A stretch of DNA of 62,142 nucleotides, the filler included, from Chiloscyllium plagiosum (Eukaryota), in the NCBI RefSeq assembly GCF_004010195.1. It is 3 parts of one record of this genome, joined end to end, with 100 filler letters (N's around TTAATTAATTAA, not from the genome) between each part and the next. Parts side by side here need not be neighbours in the genome. Positions count along the whole stretch, not along the records: positions 20,336 to 51,229 come from NC_057712.1; positions 51,330 to 62,142 come from NC_057712.1; 1 more part is not named here. One strand, 5' to 3'. The notes under the pieces were generated by a model that was not told where the DNA came from, made no database searches, and was given only the letters and a program-made list of their open reading frames with translations. Positions 50,150 through 62,142 of this stretch are shown one piece after another. The translations under genes and the position numbers were made by a program. How positions within the stretch are numbered: position 1 is the stretch's first letter; each line of letters starts with the position of its first letter.

Positions 50150-51229
50150 CTTTCTTGCATTGTACGGATGAGGAAAAGGGCTCTGGACAGGATGAGCCAG
50201 CTGACCATGGCACCATGGTGCAGAAGGCCATTCAAGAGGGGGGAGCAAAAAGACAAGTAGTTGTTATAGGGGATTCGATAATTAGGGGGACAGATAGTAT
50301 CCTTTGCAAGCCGGATCGGGAGTCTCGCATGGTGTGTTGCCCACCCGGGTGCCAGGGTGCCGGACATCTCCAACCGGCTTGAAAGGATATTGGAGCAGGA
50401 GGGGGAGGATCCAGTTGTTGTGGTCCACATTGGGACTAATAACATAGGCAAAGCTAGGGTGGAGGACCTGTTTGGCGATTATCAAGCACTAGGAAGGAAA
50501 TTGAAGTACAGGTCCTCAAGGGTCATAATCTCCGGATTACTGCCCGAGTCACATGCCAATTGGCATAGGGATAAGAAAATTAGGGAAGTAAACACGTGGC
50601 TAAGGGATTGGTGTGGGAAAGAGGGATTCCACTTCATGGGGCATTGGCATCAGTTTTGGAACCGGGGTGATCTGTATCGTTGGGACGGTCTCCACCTGAA
50701 CCGATNNNNNNNNNNNNNNGGTGGTCAGTAGGACTTTAAACTTCTGAGTTGGGAGGAAGGGAAAGTGAAAGCGACAGGGTGTATGGAGTTAAATGGAAAG
50801 ATAAGCAGCAGGATAGCCTGTCTGCAGGCGGATTTAAACTTGAGGCAGACTGGGAATGCAAATAAAAGAAGGATAATTTAGGACATCTTATGACTTCCAA
50901 TATCTCTAATGATAAGAAAGTTAGCATTAAGGCATTTTACCTGAATGCTCGTAGCATTTGTAACAAAGCAGATCAACTAATGGCACAGATCATCGTGAAT
51001 GATTACGATGTGGTAGGCATCACAGAGACGTGGTTGCAGGGGGTGTCAGGACTGGCAGTTAAACATCCAAGGATTTTCAACTTATCGAAAAGACAGGGAG
51101 GCGGGCAGAGGGGGCGGGGTTGCCTTGTTAGTTAAGAACAAAATTAAATCTATGGCACTGAATGACATAGCCTCGGATGATGTGGAGTCTGTGTGGGTGG
51201 AATTGAGGAACCACAAAGGCAAAAAAAAC
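50150..51229 (+). mobile_element. CR1 ORF1 esterase plus start of the ORF2 endonuclease, broken by gaps
   Basis: GDSIIRG, VHIGTNN, DGLHLN, then YLNARSI..VGITETW. Same subfamily as 19800-20235 and 29915-33880. Confidence 0.9.
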
Positions 51230-51329
51230 NNNNNNNNNNNNNNNNNNNNNNNNNNNNNNNNNNNNNNNNNNNNTTAATTAATTAANNNNNNNNNNNNNNN
51301 NNNNNNNNNNNNNNNNNNNNNNNNNNNNN
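51230..51329. other. Assembly gap with artificial linker
   Basis: N44-TTAATTAATTAA-N44. Confidence 0.95.
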
Positions 51330-51560
51330 CTCCGGCCTATCACCCTCACCTTAACCTCCTTCCAACGCCCCTCCCCCAAGTCCCTCCTCCCTACCTTTTA
51401 TCTTAGCCTGCCTTGGCACACTTTCCTCATTCCTGAAGAAGGGCTCATGCCCAAAACGTCGGTTCTCCTGCTCCTTGGAATGCTGCCTGACCTGCTGCGC
51501 TTTTCCAGCAACACATTTTCAACTCTGATCTCCAGCATCTGCAGTCCTCACTTTCTCCTG
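51330..51560 (+). mobile_element. PLE pseudo-LTR (longer form of the hammerhead module)
   Basis: Pyrimidine-rich leader, then CTGAAGA-agggctcatgccc-AAAACGTC (51433-51460, conserved G changed to A) and the shared tail ctgcctgacctgctgcgcttttccagc. Confidence 0.8.
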
Positions 51561-53060
51561 GAATACTGGGGGAGGCAAGAGGACAAATTGCTGGAGCATT
51601 GTTAGACATCTTTGTATCCTCTTTGGTCACAGGTGAGATCCCCAGAGGTTTGGACAATAGCTAATGTGGCCTCTTTGTTTAAGAAGGGTAGCAGGTTTAA
51701 TCCTGGACATTACAGGCCTGTGAGTCTCATGTCCGTGGTCAGGAAATCTCAGTGACAAGATCTATACGCATTTAGAAGCAAATGGGCTTATTAACAATAG
51801 ACAGCATGGTTTTGTCTTGGGGGGGGGAATCATGCCTCACTAACTTGATTGAGTTTTTTGAGGAGGTGTCAAAGATGATTGAGGGAAAAGCGGTTGATGT
51901 TGATATGAACTTCAGTAAAGCCTTTTACAAGGACCCTCAAGGCAGACTGGTACAAAAGATGAAGTCACATAGTATTGGGGTGAGCTGGCAAGATGGATAC
52001 AGAACTGGCTTAGTCATAGGAAACAGAGGGTAGCGGTGAAATGGAGCACTGTGACTAGTGGTGTTCCACAGGGATCTGTGCTGGCACCTCTGCTGTACGT
52101 GATCTACATAAATGGTTTGGAGAAAAATGTAGCTGGTTTAATTAATCAGTTTTCAGATGATACAAAAATTGGTGGAGTTGTGAATAGTGAGGACGATTGT
52201 CAGAGGAAACAGCAGGATATAAATCAGTTGGAGGCATGGTCAGGAAAATTGCAAATGGAGTTCAGTCCAGACAAATGTGAGGTGATGCATCTTGGAAAGT
52301 CAAGTAGAGGTGGAAATTATACAGTGAATGGCAGAACTCTTAGGAGTATTTATATCCAGAGGGATCGGGATATGCAGATCCACAGATGGCAGCGCAGGTT
52401 GATAAGGTAGTAACAAAGGCTTATGGCATGCTTGCCTTCAGTGGAAGGGACATTGAGTATAAGGATAGACAGGCTATGCTGTAGCTTTATAGGACTTTAG
52501 TTAGGCCACACTTGCCATATGGTGTAAAGTTCTGGTCACCACACTGCCAGAAGGATGAGGATGCTTTGGAGAGGGTACAGAAAAGGTTTACCAGAATGTT
52601 GCCTGATATGGGCGATTTTAGCTATGGAGAAAGGTTGGCTAGACTGGGTTTGTTTTCACTGGAACACAGGAGGCTGAGGGGTCACCTTGTAGAAGTTTAT
52701 AAGATTGTAAATGGCATGGATAGAGTAGAAAGTATGAGGTTTTTTCGCAGGGTGGAGAGGTCAATTAGTAGGGGACATAATTTCAAAGTTGACGATGAAA
52801 TTTTAAAAAGGATGTGCAAGGCAGGTTTTTCACACAAAGGGTGGTGAGTGCCTGGAACGCGCTGCCAGAGGAGGTGGTGGAAGCAAATACTATAGCAGCA
52901 TTTTAGAAGCATCTGGAAGAATACATGCAAAGAAAGGAAATAGAATGATATGGATCCTGTAAGTGAACACAGTTTTAGTATGGAAGGGAAATGTCTCATT
53001 GCAGGTTTGAAGGGCTGAAGGACCTGTTCCAGTGCTGTATTGTTCTCTGTTCTTTGTTCT
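51560..53060 (+). mobile_element. CR1 LINE RT to 3' end, decayed
   Basis: [24 protein letters not shown] and FSDDTK motifs. Confidence 0.9.
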
Positions 53061-53552
53061 CCAAATGGAGGGCACTTCAATGGTGAAGAAGTTTGAGAAA
53101 AGCTCTAGAATGAAATAGAGTGATGAGAGACCATGGAAGGTTGCAAAGGTAACCAATACCATTGGGCATTGCATCTGTGAGCATTGATCAGAAGGGCCAC
53201 TCTATCCCCTGAAACATACTGGAGGGTGTGAGGGTTTTCTTGGTAGTTTTCCCTTGTTCTCATTTCCACTGTGTGGTTCAATTGGCTGCCAGTTAGTTGG
53301 TTGAGCTGCTACATTTTCCACTGGAGAAAATATCCTATAATGATAGGAAGATCGCAGGCTTCCCTCCAAACCTCTCCCTGTTACCACTTTTCCAGTCGTC
53401 TGGCCAAGAAATTTCAGCTTAATTCAGTAGAATTTACCCAAACCTAGTCCTTTAGCCTCTACTCCAATGATTACCATAGGACTCATATCCCAGGTGTCTG
53501 ATAGGTAGCCTGCCATTTAACAGATTGATGATACAAAATAATATTTCTCACA

Positions 53553-54372
53553 AGGATTGGCAGATAGAATTTAATTTAGATAAATGCAAGGTGCTGCATT
53601 TTGGGAAAGCAAATCATAGCAGGACTTATACACTTAATGGTAAGGTCCTAGGGAGCATTGCTGAACAAAGTGATCTTGGAGTTCAGGTTCATAGCTCCTT
53701 GAAAGTAGAGTTGCAAGTAGATAGGGTAGTGAAGAAAGTGTTTGATAAGTTTTCCTTTATTGGTCAGAGTGTCGAGTACAGCAGTTGGGAGGTCATGTTG
53801 CGGCTATGCAGGACGTTGGTTCGGCCAGTTTTGCAATATAGCGTGCAGTTCTGGTCTCCTTCCTACCAGAAGGATGTTGTGAAATTTGAAATGGTTCAGA
53901 AAAGATTTACAAGGATGTTGCCAGGGTTGAAGCTACAGGGAGAGGCTGAATAGGCTGGGGCTGTTTGCCCTGGAGCGTCTTAGGCGAAGAGACACCTTAT
54001 AGAGATTTACAAAATTATGAGGGGCATGGATAGGATAAATAGACAAAGTCTTTTCCCTCAGTGGGGGGAGTCTAGAACAAGAGGGCATAGGTTTAGGGTG
54101 GGAGGGGAAAGATATAAAAGAGACTTAAGGGACAACGTTTTCATGCAGAGGGAGGTGTGTTTATGGAATGAGCTGCCAGAGGAAGTGATGGAGGCTAGTA
54201 CAATGACAACATTTAAAAGGCATCTGGATAGGTATATGAATAGAAAGCATTTAGAGAGATATGGGCCAAGTGCTGGCAAATGGGACTCGACTAGGTTAGG
54301 ATATCTGGTTGGCATGGACAAGTTAAACCGAAGGGTTTGTTTTCCTGCTGTATTTCCCTATGACTCTATGAC
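53553..54372 (+). mobile_element. HER1/CR1 3' fragment
   Basis: WQIEFNLDKCKVLHFG...; tail ctatgactctatgact. Confidence 0.9.
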
Positions 54373-55504
54373 TTGTTTGGGCCATGCAAGAAGTAGCATT
54401 ATTCAAATTGATGATGTGAGGAAGCAGGTGTTGTAGCTAAACCAGCAGTAACAATAATATTGGGCATTAAGTAACGGATTCCTGAATGTTAAAGTAAAAC
54501 ATTGTCAACCTTTAGTGTCCTCCTTACAATTTGACTTGCTCCTTCTCTGCTCACTGGTTTGTTATCAGTGAATGTAATTAAAATTAATAATGATGCAATT
54601 CCATAGCTCTACGTTAGTCAGGAAGGTTCAGATAGCTTTTCAAATTGTTATTGCATCCATTTAAGTGAGGGACATATTTAGAATAAAAGAACAGGAGACT
54701 CATCTGACCTCTCTCCTAAGGGGTGGGGGTAAGGATAGTTGGATACCATCAGTGGAACAAAATTGAATGTTTTAAGAAATGCACAATTACTCATCAAGAC
54801 AAAAGGCATGTGTTGGAACAAAACACATTACTTGAGAGAAGGAGCCCTAGATTAGACATGAAATATTCCAGATGTACGATAGAGTTTTTGCTGCATTGTT
54901 TCAAAAGTATGTAACAATTTCAGTTATGTACACACTTCCCCAGTGTAACGTTTACATGTTGTAGACTCTTGATTTCTCTGGCTTTAAATTTGATCCGCTT
55001 AGTGGCAGTTGGAGTTTGGTTTTGTGCTATGCATTTGAGTCTAATGGGAACTAGGTTAAAACTGTCCAATTTCATTTTAGTCAGGAAAAGCCTATTTATA
55101 CCCTTTCTATCTGCTGAATTCAAATATAGGTCAAACCAGATCCCAGGAGTAGAATATTTTAACATAAAGCTTCTTGTAAATCTGATTCAAATTGGCAAAA
55201 TAAATCCCTTGCAATATAAATTGGCCATAGGATTTCCGGCTAATCAAATACAAATACTTTGAATAATGATCTCCTAATCATTCACCTAAAGTATAAGTTT
55301 CATAAAGCATGCAGAGTGTATAACAGACCCAAAGTGAAATAAATTTCTCAATTAAATGAAAGCATCCATATTAGAGAAACGATAAAACACTGTGGATCTT
55401 GGAATTCTAATTTAAGTCACTGTAGCGTCTTTGACATGTTTTAATATCTTTTGAACTTGATTAAATGCTGCTTCATAGATGCAGTTTACACTGATAGTCT
55501 ACTA

Positions 55505-57625
<2,121 letters not shown>

Positions 57626-57633
57626 AACGGAAA

Positions 57634-57925
57634 GGGCAGCACAGTGGTTAGTACCGCTGCATCACAGTGGCAGGGATCTCAGTTCAATTCCAGCCTTGGG
57701 TGACAGTTTGTGTAGAGTTTGCAAGTTCTCTCCGTGTCTGCATGGGTTTCCACCATGTGCTCCCACCGTCCAAAGATGCGCAGATTAGGCAGATTGTATA
57801 TGCTAAATTGTCCATTGTGCCCAGGAATGTGCGGGCTAGGTAAATGAGTCATGGTAAATGCAGGGATAAGGTTGGGAGGGGGTGTTGTGGTGGGATGCTC
57901 TTTGAAGGTTCTATGATTCTATAAC
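57634..57925 (+). mobile_element. HE1/V-SINE, decayed
   Basis: tRNA head, V-domain and ctatgattctat tail. Confidence 0.8.
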
Positions 57926-57939
57926 TATCATTGAGAAGT

Positions 57940-60900
57940 GGATACTGAGAATCAGCAGACCAATGGAGCAACCTTTCTGTGGAACTGGGGGGCATTGGCA
58001 AAGTGTTAAACGAGAATTTTACATCTGCCTTCACTTTTCAGATGGAGGATGTAGGTACAGAATTCCAGACAAGGGTCTATGAAGTTCCTGAACTATTTCA
58101 CAAAGGGAGTGGAGATATTGAAGATTTCAACAATCTTAAAAGTGGATAAATCTCCCAGGTTTGGAGGAGTAGTATTTACATGCTACAGTTGGAGATAAGG
58201 GAGAAAATTATAGGGGCTGTGACCCAAACTTTTAATTCCTCTCTGGCATCAGGGAATATGTCAGAGAATTGGTCCCACTTTTCAAGAAGACTGGTAGAAA
58301 TAAACCAGGGAACTATAGACTAATGAGTGGTAGGGAAGTTATTGGAGAAAATTCTGAGGGAGTGAAGTAATCTCCATTTAAAGAGGCAAAATTTGATTAG
58401 GGAAAGTCAGCATGGCTTTGTCAGAGGGAGGTCATGACTAACAAACATGATTAAATTTTTTTTTAGGTATCTAGATGACGGTAGTGCAGCTGATCTCATT
58501 GGATATGTGAATTTTAACAAAGCCTTTGACAATGTTGCACATGGGGTACTGATAAAGAAGGTCAAAGCACATGGGATCCTGGGCAAACCTGGCAAATTGA
58601 TCCAAAATGGGCTCAATGATAGGACATTCGGGGTGCTGGTAGAGGACTGTGTGATTGGAGTTCAGGGCCAATGATGTACCACAGGGATCAATTTTGGGTC
58701 CCGTAATATTCATGATATATGTATATGTGATATAGAGGAAAATGTGGAGGGGACAATAAGTAATTTTGTGGATAACAGTAATTGGCTGTATAATTGACAG
58801 TGAAGTAGAAGATCTCGGCTTACAGAAAGATATAGATAGATTTGTCAGATGGGCAGATCACTGGCATATATATTCATTAATAAAATAAAACAAATAACTA
58901 TTGCCGTAGATCCAAAACAAACAAACAGAAATTGCTGGAGAAACTCAACAGGTCTGTTAGCATCTGTGGAGAGAAGACAGTTAATGTTTTGAGTTCAGTG
59001 ACCCTTCTGCAAAAGGGACACGTGGAAGTTAGCCCTGATAAGTGTTGTGAGCTAATGCACTTTGAAAGAAGTAACAAGACAGGGATGTACTCAGTGAATG
59101 GTAGGACACAAGGAAGCCCAGAGGAACAGAGAGATCTTGGGATCCTTGTTCACAGATCCTTGAAGGTGTCAGGATAGGTTAACCGGGATGTTAAAGCATA
59201 GAGTCATAGAGATGTACAGCATGGAAACAGACCCTTTGGTCCAATCCGTCCATTCTGACCAGATATCCCGACCCAATCTAGTCCCACCTGCCAGCAACTG
59301 GCCCATATCCCTCCAAACCCTTCCTATTCATATACCCATCCAAATGCCTCTTAAATGTTGCGATTGTACCAGACTCCACCACATCCTTTGGCAGCTTATT
59401 CCATACACGTATCACCCTCTGCGTGAACAAGTTGCCCCTTAGGTCCCTTTTATATCTTTCCCCTCTCACCCTAAAACTATGCCCTATAATTCTGGTCTCC
59501 CCGACCCCAGGGAAAAGACTTCGTCTATTTATCCTATCCATGCCCCTCATAATTTTGTAAACCTCAATATGGTCACCCCTCAGCCTCCGACGCTCCAGGG
59601 AAAACAGCCCCAGTCTGTTCAATCTCTCCCTATAGCTCAAATCCTCCAACCCTGGCAACATCCTTGTAAATCTTTTCTGAACCCTTTCAAGTTTCACAAC
59701 ATCTTTCCGATAGGAAGGCCTAACCAATGTCCTGCACAGCCGCAACATGACATCCCAACTCCTGTACTCAATACTCTGACCAATAAAAGAAAGCATACCA
59801 AACGCCTTCTTCACTATCCTATCTACCTGCGACTCCACTTTCAAGGAGCTATGAACTTGCACTTCAAGGCGTCTTTGNTTTATAAAAATGACAAAAAGTA
59901 GAGGACCCAGCACCGATCCTTGTGGCACTCCACTGGTCACAGGCCATAAGACCATAAGACATAGGAGTTGAAGTAAGGCCATTCGGCCCATCGAGTCCAT
60001 TCCGCCATTCAATCATGGCTGATGGGCATTTTAATTCCACTTACCCGCATTCTCCCCGTAGCCCTTAATTCCTTGTGACATCAAGAATTTATCAATCTCT
60101 GCCTTGAAGACATTTAGCGTCCCGGCTTCCATTGCACTCTGCGGCAATGAATTCCACAGGTCCACCACTCTCTGGCTGAAGAAATGTCTCCGCATTTCTG
60201 TTCTGAATTTACCCCCTCTAATTCTAAGGCTGTGTCCACGGGTCCTAGTCTCCTCGCCTAACGGAAACAATTTCCTAGCGTCCACCCTTTCCAAGCCATG
60301 TATTATCTTGTAATTCAGGCCTCCAGTCTGAAAAACAACCCTCCACCATCACCCTCTGTCTTCTACCTTTGAGCCAGTTCTGTATCCAAATGGCGAGTTC
60401 TCCCTGTATTCCATGAGATCTAACCTTGCTAACGAGTCTCCCATGGGGAACCTTGTCAAACGCCTTACTGAAGTCCATATAGATCACATCTACCGCTCTG
60501 CCCTCATCAATCCTCTTGTTACTTCTTCAAAGAACTCAATCAAGTTTTGAGACATGATTTCCCACGCACAAAGCCGTGTTGACTATCCCTAATCAGTCCT
60601 TGCCTTTCCAAATACATGTACATCCTGTCCCTCAGGATTCCCTCCAACAACTTGCCCACCACCAATGTCAGGCTCACCGGTCTATAGTTCTCTGGCTTGT
60701 CCTTACTACCCTTCTTTAATAGTGGCACCACGTTTGCCAACCTTCAATCTTCCAGCACCTCACCTGTGACTATCAATGATACAATTATCTCAGCAAGAAG
60801 CCCAGCAATCACTTCTCTAGCTTCCCACAGAGTTCTAGCATACACCTGATCAAGTCCTGGGGATTTATCCACCTTTATTCATTTCAAGACATCCAGCCCT

Positions 60901-61710
60901 TCCTCCTTTGAAATATGGACATTTTGCAAGGTGTCACCATCTCGATATTTGCCTTTATCAACCATGGCATAGACTTTAAGAGCATGGAGATTATGTTGAA
61001 ACTCTACAGGACTTTGGTTAGGCCACTGCTGGAGTACTGTGTGCTGTTCTGGTCACTTCATTATAGAAAGGATGTGATTGTGGTGGAATTGTATATCGGG
61101 GATTCACCAGGGTGTTAACTGAGATGGAGCAGTTTAGCTATGAAGAGAGGCTGGACAAGCTTGGGATGTTTTCAGAAGGCTGAGAGGGGATTGGGGTGTA
61201 CAAGGTTATGAAGGGCATGGACATGGTGGCCAGAAAGCATCTATTCTCCTTATTTGAAAGGTCAGTAACAAGGAGGCTTAACTTTAAGGTGAAAGGACTT
61301 TGGAGGTGATTTGAGGAATTTTAATTTCTCCCAGAGAATGGTGGGGGTCTAGATTGCACTGCCTGGAAGGGCAGTTAAGACCATAAGACCATAAGACATA
61401 GGAGTGGAAGTAAGGCCATTCGGCCCATCGAGTCCACTCCGCCATTCAATCATGGCTGATGCGCATTTCAGCTCTACTTACCAGCGTTCTCCCCGTAGCC
61501 CTTAATTCCTCTAGACAACAAGAATCTATCAATCTATCAGTTTCGGTGGGACAACTCACAACTTTGAAAAAGTACTTGAATGAACACTTGAAATGTCATA
61601 CATTTAAGGCTGTGGGTCAAGTATTGAAAGTGAGACTGGTCCAGATTTAGAGTCATTTCTTGTTCATGTAAATTCAATGGCACAAGGTTCTCTTCTGAAC
61701 TGTATGATTC
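57940..61710 (+). mobile_element. Old CR1 (57940-59190 and 60945-61710) carrying nested younger insertions
   Basis: The RT motif YVNFNKAFDNVAHG on the left resumes as FAFINHGIDFKS..LYRTLVRPLLEYC on the right. Inserts: old PLE piece about 58880-59015, HER1 59198-60945 (minus), CR1 tail about 61377-61537 (minus). Confidence 0.8.
59198..60945 (-). mobile_element. HER1/CR1 RT to tail, with a second CR1 3' end nested at 59946-60315
   Basis: 6-bp TSD caggcc at 59940-59945 and 60316-60321; single-N join at 59878. Confidence 0.88.
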
Positions 61711-61822
61711 TGTGAGAAAATTGCAGGTGAAACCTGATGTTTGCAGGGAACTGTGTATTCTTGAAAGGCGGTATCAAGGAATATTATGGTCACTCGGTCC
61801 TTGACATGAAGAGAAAGTCTGT

Positions 61823-62142
61823 GGGCGGCACGGTGGCACAGTGGTTAGCACTGCTGCCTCACAGCGCCAGAGACCCGGGTTCAATTCCCGACTCAGGCGA
61901 CTAACTGTGTGGAGTGCGACTAACTGTGTGGAGTTTGCACATTCTCCCCGTGTCTGCGTGGGTTTCCTCCGGGTACTCCGGTTTCCTCCCACAGTCACAA
62001 AGATGTGCGGGTCAGGTGAATTGGCCATGCTAAATTGCCGGTAGTGTTAGGTTAAAGGGGTAAATGTAGGGGTATGGGTGGGCTGCGCTTCGGCGGGTCG
62101 GTGTGGACTTGTTGGGCCGAAGGGCCTGTTTCCACACTGTAA
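61823..62142 (+). mobile_element. HE1 V-SINE with an internal 19-bp duplication, runs off the window end
   Basis: gcgactaactgtgtggagt twice (61897-61915 and 61916-61934). Confidence 0.92.

Noticed and set aside
59278..60012. Longest ORF (244 aa, minus) as an intact gene
   Set aside because: It is a chimera of a nested CR1 3' UTR, an RT piece and a single-N join at 59878; ordinary CR1 sequence.

Overview
Vertebrate genomic DNA, almost certainly a shark (HE1 V-SINEs plus their HER1/CR1 partner LINEs; a bamboo/epaulette shark is my inference). One host gene is supported: three in-frame minus-strand coding exons (19258-19397, 5211-5371, 2698-2767) of SLC4A1AP/kanadaptin, which the ORF track does not show. 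No further exon was found, so the rest is probably intron. It is dense with decayed and nested retroelements: many CR1/HER1 LINE pieces (one near full length, several with the zinc-finger plus SGNH-esterase ORF1), about 12 HE1 SINEs, other tRNA-derived and Deu-type SINEs, RTE, Rex1/Babar and Vingi LINE fragments, a solo LTR, and at least four Penelope-like (PLE) families carrying minimal hammerhead ribozyme cores. Also present are a decayed tRNA-Arg-like gene and two artificial 100-bp gap linkers (N44-TTAATTAATTAA-N44). I do not see a wholly new multi-gene system. The best leads are a recurrent ~95-bp hammerhead-only PLE module with its own target-site duplications, two intact hammerhead cores in a multi-layer PLE nest, and a 24-bp PLE-terminus micro-insertion. 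Family names come from my recognition of the sequence, not a database search. Repeat boundaries are approximate unless a target-site duplication (TSD) is quoted.
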